Notes: generated by a model from the letters alone, not told the origin. Positions 10,649-21,803 are shown, numbered from the stretch's first letter. The stretch is 64,000 bases of DNA from Polyangia bacterium (GCA_050287845.1 JBNKCR010000013.1:32001-96000); one strand, 5' to 3'. Translations and numbers: made by a program.

Positions 10649-13030
10649 CTACCGAAGCTGCAAAGAGAACCTGGCACAAATATCCGCCACAGCTCTCTGA
10701 TGCACCATATCCACTTCCTTGTCGGTCAGTGTCTTCTGGAATGACCTGTATTGCACTGTGAACGCGAGTGATTTTTTTCCCTCTGCCACGTGCTTGCCGC
10801 GATATACATCAAACAGCTGAACACCATTCACCAATTCCCCGGCGGAAGCGGCAAATGCATTGAGGACTGGCGCCACATCCTGGGTTTCGTCCGCCACCAC
10901 AGCCACATCCCGTGACATCGGCGGAAATTCGCAGAGGGGTACTGCCGATGACACCTGTCGCTTCGCGCAAAGAGCGAATAAATCCAACTCGAACGCCACT
11001 GCGCCAGTAGCCAGTTTCAACTCCTTGAGGCGCACCGGATGTAACTCGCCCATAAAACCGACTGTCTGATTGCCCACAACAACAGACACACATCGCCGGG
11101 GATGCATCATTTTATATTCTGACGTCGGAACAAATTCTGGAGAAGTCCCGGTCATGCCTTCGCAGAACTGCGTCACGATACCCTTGATGTCAAAAAAATC
11201 ATACCGACGTTCCGACTCACTTATCCAGCGAGGCGCCGTGCCATCCAGCAGCGCAGCCACGCGGACCACCTCAGAAGGCAGTGTCTCTCCAGTGGGATGA
11301 TAAGTTCGCGCCACTTCAAACTGCGCGAATGTGTCCATGTATCTGGAGCGGGTGCGTTTCAAATTCTCGATCAGCCCAGCCATCAACGTTGTTCGCAATG
11401 TGGCACGTTGCGCATTCAGCGGATTGGCAATCTCTATCGTCGCCGTTGCGGCTCCCAGAATTTCCAACAGACTCCGGGGCACGAAGGAATACGTAATTGA
11501 TTCCATCAATCCCAGTGACACCAGCAGCTCCCGGGCGCGCTTTGCGTTTTCAAAATCGGCGCGGCGGGGAATCTGACACTGAATGCGTGGCAGCTTTGCC
11601 TCAATCTGATTCATCCCCGAAAGTCTGGCCACCTCTTCAATCAAATCAATTTCCCGTTCCATATCCGGTCGATGGGTCGGAATCGCCACTTTGAAATCCG
11701 GGCCAACCGCTGAGACTTTTGCCCCCAGCCCCTCAAGCAATCGCGCCATCTGGTCCGGTTCCACATTGTGCCCCATCACCTTTGTATAACGCTCCGGTCT
11801 GAAGAGCACCTCTATCGGCGCCACAGGTGTCGGGTACGCGTCAACAATCCCGTGAAGCGCACTCCCTCCTCCCAGTTCACACGCCATCGCATTCGCCGCC
11901 GCGAGCACCTCCGGTTCATGATTCGGATCCACCCCCCGCTCAAAGCGATATGATGACTCACTGGACAACTTCAGCTTTCTCGACGTTCGGCGCACGCTGG
12001 ACGGGTTGAAATACGCACACTCTATAAGAATTCTTTTTGTTCCCGCCGTTACCTCCGAATCCAGACCACCCATCACCCCGGCCACGGCCACGGGTTTCGC
12101 GCCATCGCAAATCAGCAAATCTGTAGCGGAAAAAGTGCGCTCCACCTCATCAAGTGTCGTCATCTTCTCCCCGTCAGTTGCCATGCGGACTACAATTTTT
12201 CCTGCTTCCAGCTTGTCCAAATCAAATGCATGCAATGGCTGTCCGAACTCCATCAGAATCGAGTTGGTCATATCCACGATATTTGAAATGGGTCGAATTC
12301 CCAGATTGTGCAACCGATACCTTAATGGAAAAGGGCTGGGGGCCACCACCAGGTTTTGCACTACAGACGCCGCATACCTGGGACACCCCTCGGGAGATTC
12401 AATCGATACCGCTACAACGTCTGCCGCCGCCTGAGTCAACGCTGGCGCTGCCGGCCGTGCTCTGGACGCGAACGGTTTATCAAACAGCAGACACATCTCC
12501 CGTGCCAGCCCCCGGTGATACAGTGCATCCGGTCTGTTGGGCGTCACCTCCAGCTCAAATATCCAATCTTCCAGATCCAACGCATCCACAACAGGCGTGC
12601 CAGATGGTACATCCAGGTCTTCAAGCACGATGATACCGTCACTGTCTGGTCCCAGATTCAGTTCTTCCTCACTGCACAACATCCCAGACGACTCGTAACC
12701 GCCGACTTTGCGAGGCGCAATGACCAAATCACCAAAGCGAGCGCCCTCCTTCGCCAGAACAACGGTACCACCGGCAGTAGGACAATTGGCGGCACCGCAC
12801 ACCACCGGCCAGATCTGCGTCCCATCATCCACTTTTACCAGACTGAGTTTCCTGCTATCCGGGTGTGCGACTTTTTCAACCACTCTGGCGATCACAACAT
12901 TATCGAATTCCGCACGGCGATGGATAACCTCAGCCACTTCCAATCCCGAGAATGTAAATTTTTCTGCCAGCTCCCGAGGAGACGGAGAAAACCCCGCCAA
13001 TTCACATAGCCATTTATAACTCGCCAGCAT
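10649..13030 (-). CDS. pheT: Phenylalanine-tRNA ligase beta
   Basis: VVCGAAN, SSGMLCS, TPNRPD, GQPLHAFD, RFERGVD, DLIEEVAR, FDX-ACB tail (LFDVYRG...KSLAF). Confidence 0.97.
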   Translation of the reverse strand: MLASYKWLCELAGFSPSPRELAEKFTFSGLEVAEVIHRRAEFDNVVIARVVEKVAHPDSRKLSLVKVDDGTQIWPVVCGAANCPTAGGTVVLAKEGARFGDLVIAPRKVGGYESSGMLCSEEELNLGPDSDGIIVLEDLDVPSGTPVVDALDLEDWIFELEVTPNRPDALYHRGLAREMCLLFDKPFASRARPAAPALTQAAADVVAVSIESPEGCPRYAASVVQNLVVAPSPFPLRYRLHNLGIRPISNIVDMTNSILMEFGQPLHAFDLDKLEAGKIVVRMATDGEKMTTLDEVERTFSATDLLICDGAKPVAVAGVMGGLDSEVTAGTKRILIECAYFNPSSVRRTSRKLKLSSESSYRFERGVDPNHEPEVLAAANAMACELGGGSALHGIVDAYPTPVAPIEVLFRPERYTKVMGHNVEPDQMARLLEGLGAKVSAVGPDFKVAIPTHRPDMEREIDLIEEVARLSGMNQIEAKLPRIQCQIPRRADFENAKRARELLVSLGLMESITYSFVPRSLLEILGAATATIEIANPLNAQRATLRTTLMAGLIENLKRTRSRYMDTFAQFEVARTYHPTGETLPSEVVRVAALLDGTAPRWISESERRYDFFDIKGIVTQFCEGMTGTSPEFVPTSEYKMMHPRRCVSVVVGNQTVGFMGELHPVRLKELKLATGAVAFELDLFALCAKRQVSSAVPLCEFPPMSRDVAVVADETQDVAPVLNAFAASAGELVNGVQLFDVYRGKHVAEGKKSLAFTVQYRSFQKTLTDKEVDMVHQRAVADICARFSLQLR

Positions 13031-13033
13031 GAA

Positions 13034-14074
13034 CTACCTCCTGAACCTTTCCAGAAAACGTGGGTCGTTTTCGTAAAGGAGCCTAATACTTGTAATGCCC
13101 TCATACTTCATCATGGCAACCCGATCCACTCCGATACCAAAGGCAAACCCGCTATACACTTCGGAATCAATTCCCACTCCTTCAAGTACGTTCGGATCGA
13201 CCATGCCAGCGCCGAGAATTTCAATCCATCCTGTCTGAGAACACAGTCGGCACCCCTTTCCTTTACAGTAAATGCATTGAATATCCACCTCCACCGATGG
13301 TTCAGTAAATGGAAAAAAACTGGGACGCACCCGCATCTGAATATCTGCACCAAAAACCTGGTGAATATATGTATTCAGCACGCCTTTCAAATGTCCGAAG
13401 TGCACCCCCTTGTCCACCAACAACCCCTCTATCTGAGCAAACATTGGACTGTGAGTGGGATCATCGTCCCGTCTGAAAACTGCTCCGGGAGCAACAATCT
13501 GGATGGGAAGTGGACGCGTCAGCATCGCTCGAATCTGCACTGGTGACATATGCGTCCTCAGCAGCGTCTTTCCTTCTTCAATAAACAGCGTATCCTGCAT
13601 GTCCCGTGCGGGGTGATCGTCCGGGAAATTCAATTTGGTGAAGTTAAACTCTTCGGTTTCCACTTCCGGACCCTGAGCGACATCAAATCCCATGGAAGTA
13701 AAAATGTCGACAATATCATGCATCACAATATTAATTGGATGCATCGTTCCGATAGCTGTCGCTCGCCCAGGCAGTGTTACATCGAAATAGGCGTTCAGAT
13801 ACGCATCTTCCGCTTTTTTTGCCAGACTGTCTATCGCTGCAGAAACCGATTTTGTAATCGTCTGCTTGGCTGCATTGAATGCCTGCCCCACATCCTTTCG
13901 ATGTTCCGGCGCCACTTTTCCAAGGGATTGCTGCAACTCACCAACCTTCCCTTTTTTAGAAAGATACGCGGCCTGTAAATCACGAATTGATTGTTCGGTG
14001 GATTGAATCTGCAATTCTGTTGCAAACTGCTCTGTCAGCAGTTGCAGCGCTGCAATGATCTCTTTAGGATCCAT
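13034..14074 (-). CDS. pheS: Phenylalanine-tRNA ligase alpha
   Basis: HPARDMQDT, LLRTH, THSPMF.QIEGL, FPFTEPS, GFAFGIG. Confidence 0.98.
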   Translation of the reverse strand: MDPKEIIAALQLLTEQFATELQIQSTEQSIRDLQAAYLSKKGKVGELQQSLGKVAPEHRKDVGQAFNAAKQTITKSVSAAIDSLAKKAEDAYLNAYFDVTLPGRATAIGTMHPINIVMHDIVDIFTSMGFDVAQGPEVETEEFNFTKLNFPDDHPARDMQDTLFIEEGKTLLRTHMSPVQIRAMLTRPLPIQIVAPGAVFRRDDDPTHSPMFAQIEGLLVDKGVHFGHLKGVLNTYIHQVFGADIQMRVRPSFFPFTEPSVEVDIQCIYCKGKGCRLCSQTGWIEILGAGMVDPNVLEGVGIDSEVYSGFAFGIGVDRVAMMKYEGITSIRLLYENDPRFLERFRR

Positions 14075-14137
14075 AACAAACTCCCGATATGAAAAATGGT
14101 TGAATTGTTGTGACAGGGGGCAAGTCTATCGTCGCGG

Positions 14138-14488
14138 TTATTTGCCGCGAGCTGCTGACACGATCGCCGCAAACCCCGATGGGTCTTCAATGGCAATGTC
14201 AGAAAGAACCTTACGATTCAAATCAATGCCGGCCTTTTTCAGACCACCCATCAATTTGGAGTAACTCATTTCATTGAGACGAGCAGCGGCATTAATACGC
14301 GTGATCCACAGCTTCCGCATATCGCGTTTGCGGAGCTTGCGACCAATGTACGCATCCATCTGCGCATGCATTACCGCATTATATGCTGCCTTGTACATTT
14401 TACTGCGCGAACCGAAAAAACCCTTGGCGCGCTTTAAAATTTTATTTCGTCTTCTGCGTGATTTAAATCCTCTGGTAACTCTGGCCAT
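14138..14488 (-). CDS. rplT: 50S ribosomal protein L20
   Basis: MARVTRG...AKGF.G...RKLWITRINAAAR...LNRKVLSDIA. Confidence 0.98.
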   Translation of the reverse strand: MARVTRGFKSRRRRNKILKRAKGFFGSRSKMYKAAYNAVMHAQMDAYIGRKLRKRDMRKLWITRINAAARLNEMSYSKLMGGLKKAGIDLNRKVLSDIAIEDPSGFAAIVSAARGK

Positions 14489-14543
14489 TTCAACGCTCCT
14501 TTTGCGTGTTCAGGAATTCGCCTGTCCGTGGGACCTCTTCGGT

Positions 14544-14741
14544 CTACAGATAAGGCAGGAGCCTGCTAACCTGCCGTTCGCTACCTTTGTCAACGGTAGT
14601 CACCTTGCGGAGATTCCGTTTTCTTTTGGTAGATTTCTTGGTCAAAATATGACTGTGATACGGCCTGGCGCAGCGAACTTTTCCTTTTGCTGTTTTGCGG
14701 AATCTTTTTGCCGCCGCTCTATTGCTTTTCATTTTAGGCAT
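14544..14741 (-). CDS. rpmI: 50S ribosomal protein L35
   Basis: [14 protein letters not shown]...HILTKK...KRKRNLR...LLPY. Confidence 0.98.
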   Translation of the reverse strand: MPKMKSNRAAAKRFRKTAKGKVRCARPYHSHILTKKSTKRKRNLRKVTTVDKGSERQVSRLLPYL

Positions 14742-14824
14742 AATGCTTTTCCTATTTAGAAAATATGTTTACTGATTTTAAAACCACCGGTAAACGTCCT
14801 CCATCATGGGATGACGGGTAACCG

Positions 14825-14853
14825 TGTTTACACGTCCTTACCGAACAGTGCAA
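14825..14853 (-). promoter_or_regulatory. Internal sigma70-type promoter for rpmI-rplT
   Basis: TTGCAC-17-TAAACA preceded by a T-tract. Confidence 0.55.
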
Positions 14854-14878
14854 GAAAAAAAACTATATTGCAGTAAGG

Positions 14879-15496
14879 TTATTCTATCTCATCCAAGTCA
14901 TTATTCCTGCCAGGAGCAGTCCGTTCAGTTGCGGGAACTATCATCTTCCCGGACGGAGCCAGAATGGTGGTCATCGATTTCCCTTCCAGCTGATATCGCT
15001 GCTGCACTTCAGCAATATCCTTTACCGCATCAACAACCTTGTCCAGAAGAAGCGCCGCCATCTCGGGATGTGCCACTTCTCTGCCGCGAAATCGAATGGT
15101 AATCTTCGTTTTATTGCCCTCTGAAATGAATCGGCGGATGTGCTTCACCTTGAAGTCAAAGTCGTGAGTATCCGTCTTGGGACGCATCTTCACCTCCTTC
15201 ACCTCAATGGTTTTCTGGTTTTTCTTTGCAGCCTGTGCCTGTTTTTTCTGCTCGTACTTGTACTTGCCATAGTCCATAATACGGCAAACAGGGGGCTTCG
15301 CGTTGGGGCTAATCTCCACCAAATCCAGACTCATCTCCTGTGCAATGGTCAGTGCCTGTCTTGTGGTGTAAATACCCAATTGCTGCCCGTCGGGATTAAT
15401 CAATCGAACTTCGGGCCGACGTATCATTTCATTGACGCGTGTTTTCTGCGGCCTTTTCTTGCCGGAAGACGATGATGATGATTGCTTTGACTGAAT
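14879..15496 (-). CDS. infC: Translation initiation factor IF-3 (ATT start)
   Basis: RVNEMIR..EVRLI, DLVEISPNAKPPVCRIMDYGKYKY, FRGRE. In-frame ATT at 15496 lies 8 nt after AAGGAG; the ORF-track start (15427) is internal. Confidence 0.95.
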   Translation of the reverse strand: MQSKQSSSSSSGKKRPQKTRVNEMIRRPEVRLINPDGQQLGIYTTRQALTIAQEMSLDLVEISPNAKPPVCRIMDYGKYKYEQKKQAQAAKKNQKTIEVKEVKMRPKTDTHDFDFKVKHIRRFISEGNKTKITIRFRGREVAHPEMAALLLDKVVDAVKDIAEVQQRYQLEGKSMTTILAPSGKMIVPATERTAPGRNNDLDEIE

Positions 15497-15592
15497 AACC
15501 TTCTCTCCTTACTAAAAAGGACGGTTCGTCCTTATTTATTACCAATTGAAACCTGCCTTTTATCACACAGGCTGGATTGTCGCAATATTACA

Positions 15593-17491
15593 CTAAATTT
15601 CGGGAGGTGCCGCTTTTTCTTCTAAAAACCTGATAAATTCGTCCACAGAAATAAATCCCATATCACCATCCACCCTGGTTTTTAAAGATACTCCCCCCTC
15701 ATCCACTTCCTTATCACCAATAACCGCCATCGCCGGAATTCTCTGCAGGCGTGTCTGTCGGATCTTGGCGCCCAGTTTTTCGCTGTCATCATTCACATGA
15801 ACGCGAATATGATGTTCCCGCAACTGATTTTCAAGGCTGCGGGCAAACTCAACGTGGCGATCGGCGACGGTTAACAGCGACACCTGAATTGGCGCAAGCC
15901 ACATTGGAAATGCACCGGCATAATGTTCCACCATAATGCCGAAAAAGCGTTCGATGGACCCAAGCAACGCCCGATGAATCATCACTGGTCGGTGTTTCGA
16001 AGAATCTTCTCCCACGTATGAAAGGTCAAATCGCTCCGGCAGATTGAAATCCACCTGCACGGTAGAGCATTGCCACACTCTCCCAATCGCATCTTTAATT
16101 TTCACATCGATTTTAGGACCGTAGAACGCGCCGCCCCCTTCGTCGATCGAATAGGCAACGCCCTCCGCTTCCAGTCCCGCTTTTAATGCGGCTTCTGCCT
16201 TCTCCCACACTGCGGGATCGCCGATGGATTTTGCCTCCGGTCGGGTGGCAACCATGATGTCGAGATCAGTGAAGCCATAGTCAGCAAGCAGCTTCAACGA
16301 GAAGCGAACAACTTTTCGAATTTCGTCTTCCAGCTGATCCAGCCGCATAAAAATATGTGCATCATCCTGGGTAAAACCACGCACCCGCAACAGACCGTGC
16401 AACTGTCCTGAACGCTCGTATCGATATACGGTTCCCAGCTCTGCCCAGCGCAACGGCAAGTCTCTGTATGATTTGAGAGAATTGCGATAAATGGCAATAT
16501 GGAAGGGGCAATTCATTGGCTTGATGTAATATGGATTCCCTTCAATTTCCATTGGTGCATACATATCGTCCGCATAGTTTTCAAGATGCCCGGAGGTCTC
16601 CCACAACTTGCTGCGACCAATGTGCGGAGTCATGATCAGTTCATATCCGTGTTTCATGTGCGCAGTGCGCCAATGATTTTCGATCAATGTCCTGACCAGC
16701 GCTCCCTTCGGATGCCACAGAACCAACCCGCCACCAATCTGCTCATCAATACTGAACAGGTCCAGCTCTTTACCCAGCTTGCGATGATCTCGTTTTTTTG
16801 CTTCTTCAAGTCTGTCAAGGTGCGCTCGCAGGGCTTTTTTGTCAGTGAAGGCAGTCCCATATATGCGAGCCAGCATCCTGTTCTTTTCGTCGCCCCGCCA
16901 GTATGCCCCCGCAGTGGTCAGCAACTTGAACGCCTTGATAAACCTTGTATCCGGCACATGAGGACCGGCGCAGAGATCCACCCAGTCACCGTGATAATAC
17001 AAGGTGACCGGTATCCCCTCGTCGATGGCATCCAGAAGCTCCAGTTTATAGTCCTCGCCCATCTCTGAAAACAGGGCGTGGGCCTCGTCCCGAGATACTT
17101 CTTTTCGAACAAAGGATTTGCGCTCCTTCAGGATAGCCAGCATCTCTTTTTCAATTGCCACCAAATCGTCTTCCGAAAATCCGCCGGCTTCTCGGTCAAA
17201 ATCGTAGTAGAAACCATTCTCGATGGCGGGACCAATGGTTACTCTGGTGCCGGGAAACAGTCGCTGCACCGCATCCGCCATGACGTGAGCAGTGGAGTGC
17301 CGTATCACTTCCAATGCATCGGCATCATCCACCTGAACCGGAGTAACGTCCGCGTTTTCAGCAACGGCCATCTGCAGATCCACTACTTTTCCGCCCACCT
17401 TCGCAGCGACGGTATCGTGGCGCAGTTGCTGGTTCTCAGCGAGAAAGGCACCCGCTGTTCCTTTTTCGTATCGTATTTCTGAATTACTCAT
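15593..17491 (-). CDS. thrS: Threonine-tRNA ligase
   Basis: RHSTAHVMA, GFYYDF, DLCAGPH, AYWRG, RDHRKLG, KPMNCP, RVRGFTQDDAH, FYGPKID. Confidence 0.98.
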   Translation of the reverse strand: MSNSEIRYEKGTAGAFLAENQQLRHDTVAAKVGGKVVDLQMAVAENADVTPVQVDDADALEVIRHSTAHVMADAVQRLFPGTRVTIGPAIENGFYYDFDREAGGFSEDDLVAIEKEMLAILKERKSFVRKEVSRDEAHALFSEMGEDYKLELLDAIDEGIPVTLYYHGDWVDLCAGPHVPDTRFIKAFKLLTTAGAYWRGDEKNRMLARIYGTAFTDKKALRAHLDRLEEAKKRDHRKLGKELDLFSIDEQIGGGLVLWHPKGALVRTLIENHWRTAHMKHGYELIMTPHIGRSKLWETSGHLENYADDMYAPMEIEGNPYYIKPMNCPFHIAIYRNSLKSYRDLPLRWAELGTVYRYERSGQLHGLLRVRGFTQDDAHIFMRLDQLEDEIRKVVRFSLKLLADYGFTDLDIMVATRPEAKSIGDPAVWEKAEAALKAGLEAEGVAYSIDEGGGAFYGPKIDVKIKDAIGRVWQCSTVQVDFNLPERFDLSYVGEDSSKHRPVMIHRALLGSIERFFGIMVEHYAGAFPMWLAPIQVSLLTVADRHVEFARSLENQLREHHIRVHVNDDSEKLGAKIRQTRLQRIPAMAVIGDKEVDEGGVSLKTRVDGDMGFISVDEFIRFLEEKAAPPEI

Positions 17492-17553
17492 GCTGTTGTA
17501 AAAAAATTGAAAGGTTATCTCACAATTGTTGGAAGAAAAAATCTACAATAAAA

Positions 17554-17625
<72 letters not shown>

Positions 17626-17657
17626 GTCGCCACTGTACGTCTATGAACAGCGTGAGA

Positions 17658-17686
17658 TTCGTAGCAGAACACATTCAGAGCGTCAA
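17658..17686 (-). promoter_or_regulatory. Sigma70-type promoter for tRNA-Val/thrS operon
   Basis: TTGACG-17-TACGAA with TG extended -10. Confidence 0.6.
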
Positions 17687-17715
17687 GACTGAAATGTCGA
17701 ATTCACAAAACACTT

Positions 17716-19581
17716 CTAATTGGTATACAGCTCGTCAATCAGGTGGCCATAGCGTTCTGCAATGATTTTCTTCCGAAGCTTGAGGCTTGGCGTGACCTCA
17801 CCGCCTGCAATGGAAAACTCGCGGGGGACAATGGCAAATTTTTTAATGGTTTCATACTGTTCCAGCTTTCTGTTCATTGCCATGATTTCCGTTTCAATGA
17901 CGCTGAGAAAAGCTGGATTTTTCGCCAGTTCATCCATCGTTGAAGGTTGTTCATTGGCGATGGCCCATGCGTTCGCGGATTCCATGTCCAGGGTGAGCAA
18001 TGCGGTGAGAAATTTCCGCTTATTGCCAAAAACGACCGCATGGGAAACATATTTCAGTCTGGAGAGCATCGCCTCTATGGGAGCAGGGGCAATATTCTTT
18101 CCGCCGGATGTGACAATGATATCCTTTTTTCTATCCGTGATGCAGAGGAATCCTTCCGAATCCACGGTGCCAATGTCGCCCGTATGCAGCCATCCACCTT
18201 CATCAATGGTGGCCGCGGTATCCTCCGGAAGATTCAGATAACCTTTCATGACACCTGGGCTTCGGACGAGGATTTCTCCATCATCTGCGATCAGCACTTC
18301 GGTGTCATCCAGAGGCAATCCAACAGTGCCAAACCGATAATTATCAATCCGGTTGTGGTGACTCAGGGATGCATTTTCCGTCATGCCGTATCCCTCGATA
18401 ATCAGCAGTCCTGCAGCATGAAAAAACTCAATGATTTCCTTTTGGAGAGGCGCACCGCCCGATATCATCATGCGTACTTTTCCCCCAAGTCTTTTCTGGA
18501 GTTTTGAGAATATCAGCCGGTGGGCAAGGCTCGCCTGCACCGCCAATGTCGCTGGCAATGGCAAATTCGCCTGCATCAGACGGCTCACCCTGGAGCCAAC
18601 GTCGAGTGCCCACTTAAAAATGCGCTTTTTGAGATGACCGCCTTTCTCAACCTGTTCAAGCACTCCGGCAAAAATTTTCTCGAACAATCTCGGAACAGAC
18701 ACAAAGAAGTCCGGTTGCAGAGATTCAGCGTCATCAACGGCGGTCAGCATCGAACTGGCAAACGCAACGGTGAAACCAATCCGCATCTGCGCGTGATACA
18801 CAAGTTGCGCGTATACATGAGCCAGAGGAAGAAACAACAGCGTTTTCTCGTTTTCATTCAGCTTCAGGGTATCCGGGAGGTTTCGGGTTACCGAAGTCAG
18901 ATTCTGATGTGTGAGCAGTGCTCCCTTGGGAATGCCGGTGGTTCCCGAAGTGTATACCACTTTTGCCACATCGCTGGCAAAAATCCCCGCCAATCTTTCT
19001 TTCAACACATCCTGCAATGTCTCCAGTTCGATCTCCCCACATCGAATATAGTCTTCAAATGCGATGACCATTGACTTCCTGCTGTCCGGAACGGTTTCGA
19101 CGAGAGACAATGCTGGTGGAGCGGGCTTTCCTTCACGATGTGGGGGGACCTGGGTATTCTGAAAATACACAATTCTCTTCAGAGCTGGTGGCAGTTCCGC
19201 ATCTTTGTTTTCGCCGAAGATGGACCGCAGCTGAATCGGTCCTTCGGCAAAAACCACCCTTGCCTCGGAGTCTCTCAGAATATGATGCACCGTGTCCCGC
19301 GAGAGATTCTGATAGATGGTAGCCGTCTGGGCGCCGCACATCAGAATTCCCATATCGGATTCAAGCCATTCTCTTCTGGAATATGAAAATATCGCGACGC
19401 TGTCCCGGGCATTGACGCCATCCTGAATCAATGCCGAAGCAACAGCACGGGATCGCTGGTACCATTCGCGAAAACTCTGCGAAACCCAGTGGTTCCCTTC
19501 CCTTTCCATCAACGCCGCTTTGTCCGGACACTTTGCCACAAGACTGAGGAACTGTCCAGGGATCGTCGTCAGAGCTGTCAT
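17716..19581 (-). CDS. Long-chain fatty-acid-CoA ligase (AMP-binding)
   Basis: YTSGTTGIPKG, LPLAHVY, VPRLFEK, EGYGMTE, GWLHTGDIG, DRKKDIIVTSGGKNIAP, TPSLKLR. Confidence 0.92.
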   Translation of the reverse strand: MTALTTIPGQFLSLVAKCPDKAALMEREGNHWVSQSFREWYQRSRAVASALIQDGVNARDSVAIFSYSRREWLESDMGILMCGAQTATIYQNLSRDTVHHILRDSEARVVFAEGPIQLRSIFGENKDAELPPALKRIVYFQNTQVPPHREGKPAPPALSLVETVPDSRKSMVIAFEDYIRCGEIELETLQDVLKERLAGIFASDVAKVVYTSGTTGIPKGALLTHQNLTSVTRNLPDTLKLNENEKTLLFLPLAHVYAQLVYHAQMRIGFTVAFASSMLTAVDDAESLQPDFFVSVPRLFEKIFAGVLEQVEKGGHLKKRIFKWALDVGSRVSRLMQANLPLPATLAVQASLAHRLIFSKLQKRLGGKVRMMISGGAPLQKEIIEFFHAAGLLIIEGYGMTENASLSHHNRIDNYRFGTVGLPLDDTEVLIADDGEILVRSPGVMKGYLNLPEDTAATIDEGGWLHTGDIGTVDSEGFLCITDRKKDIIVTSGGKNIAPAPIEAMLSRLKYVSHAVVFGNKRKFLTALLTLDMESANAWAIANEQPSTMDELAKNPAFLSVIETEIMAMNRKLEQYETIKKFAIVPREFSIAGGEVTPSLKLRKKIIAERYGHLIDELYTN

Positions 19582-19588
19582 CTGGCAG

Positions 19589-21388
19589 TTATCCTCCGAA
19601 ACTGATTCCCACCATCAGGTCGGTATTCAAACCAAATGTAGAGTCTTCCCCAAAAACGAAATCAACTGGCATTTCCGCTGTAATGCCAAAGTGAGAATTA
19701 AAATAGTGTGCCGCCCCAAGGCCAACTTCGATATTTATCGTTCCAGGAGTGGTCACTATCCGATCCTTTTCACCGTCCAAATCCACATCAGTTACCCTGG
19801 GAGCAAAGTACAGATGGCCATACCCAAGGCCACCAAACAGGAAAAACTGATTTCCCTTCCGGTTGATCAATCGCACTTTGACTCTTACATTGACCAGCCA
19901 TGAGTTCCCCAAATCGGTGCTCTCAGTGGTGATGAAATTTGCCGTATCCGGTATGCGATACGCCCCGAATATACCATTATTGGCAGCCGCCAGCGGTGCG
20001 AGACACTCGAATCCGGTATCCGGGTTCACCTCTCCGTCGCGAAGGTTGTCAACAAGACCATCCGCACAGAATTTGAGATCTTTCTGTTTTCGCCAGAATG
20101 CAGATACATCCATCCGCATCCCCACTTCCAGAGAAATCCTCGGACTGAGCATAATTCCCAGGCGACCGCGCAGTGGCAAACCGCCGACACTACCACGACC
20201 GACACCAGTTATCAGATATGAATAATAGGTATCCGAAAAATTATTGGGATTTGAAACTGCGGAACTCAAGTACCATTGATTCGGAGCGCTCGCATATCCT
20301 GCACCGCTGCCCAACAGTATCTCCGCGTAAAATTTTCGCGGTACGTCGTCACTCCCACTGTCCTGTTTGCCGACATCGCCGACGTCGCCTTCACAGAATC
20401 CCATATCCGAGCACCATTGTCCCGACAGACATTCTTCATCAGAAAAGCAGGGGACTCCCTTCGAATGACAATTCTGGTCCCATGGGGGACACTCGGTACA
20501 AGTCTGAGGCTTCGGCATGCCAGCAAGTCCACTGACCACCGGCGCGGATGGATCCATTGTGACAGTATACGGTTGTGCCAGGGACCCATTGCCACAAACC
20601 AGTTTCCCGACCATGTCATATCCCTCGATATAATAGTTGACTGTAGACGGATCGAAATCTGTGATCTGACCTTCAGTACACGAGAGCATCACCGTCACCC
20701 ATCCCGTGTCGCCCTTTTGCATGTTCATATCGAAATACGTTGACGAGCCGTCATAGGCGTACTTCAGAACAACCCTGTCCAGCGTTGCCAGTTTGTCCGA
20801 TTCTATCTGAATCATCAGCGGCAGCTCCGTTGATTTTCTCTGCTGCGCCGGTGCATTATGCACACCACAGGGCGGTAAAGAATCGCCGGTAAAAGGTTGC
20901 GGCTGAATTGCCAGACCGTCTCCTTCGACCGGAGCGGGTTGCACCGCGTTTCCCTGGTATTTCACATTCGCCAATAGTCCGGGACAATTTTGTGCTGTGG
21001 CCCGGGTTTGAGCCATCTTAAAAATCATTTCCACTTCAGGTGAAGAATATAAAGGATCAATTGAAATACTCGCATCCAGGCACCTTGCAATCGCGAAATA
21101 ATCCTGTCCTCGCGCATTGTCCCCCTGGCCTCCGACCAATACCACACCATAGCTGATATAAATCTGTGCAACCGTATTCGCTGTCAGTTGTTCGCCCATG
21201 GCCGCCGCCTGGTCCAGAAGTTGGATTGCGCCATCCAGATCGAGATTGCCATATGCGTTCATGGCTTCTTTCTTCAGGGATATGGCCTGAGCATCTCCTT
21301 CCTGGGCAAGGACTGTCGCCGATGTTCCCAACGTCGCAACCGCTATTATGAGAAATACAGACATTCTTGAAACAAACCCGATACGCAC
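19589..21388 (-). CDS. Secreted TPR-like + Cys-rich + probable beta-barrel protein (paralogue 2)
   Basis: Signal peptide, helical repeat N-domain, CPPWDQNC Cys cluster, amphipathic beta-strand C-terminus. GTG start at 21388 after GGAG; homologous to 21804..23522. Confidence 0.65.
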   Translation of the reverse strand: MRIGFVSRMSVFLIIAVATLGTSATVLAQEGDAQAISLKKEAMNAYGNLDLDGAIQLLDQAAAMGEQLTANTVAQIYISYGVVLVGGQGDNARGQDYFAIARCLDASISIDPLYSSPEVEMIFKMAQTRATAQNCPGLLANVKYQGNAVQPAPVEGDGLAIQPQPFTGDSLPPCGVHNAPAQQRKSTELPLMIQIESDKLATLDRVVLKYAYDGSSTYFDMNMQKGDTGWVTVMLSCTEGQITDFDPSTVNYYIEGYDMVGKLVCGNGSLAQPYTVTMDPSAPVVSGLAGMPKPQTCTECPPWDQNCHSKGVPCFSDEECLSGQWCSDMGFCEGDVGDVGKQDSGSDDVPRKFYAEILLGSGAGYASAPNQWYLSSAVSNPNNFSDTYYSYLITGVGRGSVGGLPLRGRLGIMLSPRISLEVGMRMDVSAFWRKQKDLKFCADGLVDNLRDGEVNPDTGFECLAPLAAANNGIFGAYRIPDTANFITTESTDLGNSWLVNVRVKVRLINRKGNQFFLFGGLGYGHLYFAPRVTDVDLDGEKDRIVTTPGTINIEVGLGAAHYFNSHFGITAEMPVDFVFGEDSTFGLNTDLMVGISFGG

Positions 21389-21803
21389 AGTATTATCTCC
21401 AATCGTTGTAATGAAACCGTTCAATCCCCAATCCCTATTTCAATTACATTAAAACAATAATATAGATTGCACGTTTTTATTCCGAATTGTCAAGCGATTC
21501 GTCACACTAAACGGGTAGTTCCGAGCAATATCATTGCAATTACGGCGATCCGGACGGGCATTACTTTCAAATCCGTCACATATGCCCATTATGCCACAAA
21601 CATATGAAACACGACATAAAAGTAATAAAAAATCTTTCGCCGTCAGAATGCGTGGGAAATTTTATCATCAATAACCGTGAAACTCCGAAGTAACGACAAA
21701 AATCAACGCCCGAAAAAACAAAATCCTGTTTTTACTGAGAGAAACGTACAGGTATCTGGCTCGGATTATACGGGTATTGCGTCATTTCATGGAATCACGC
21801 GAA

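Noticed and set aside
14745..14820. L20 autoregulatory leader before rpmI
   Set aside because: Only a small hairpin is visible; cannot be matched to a known L20-binding structure by eye
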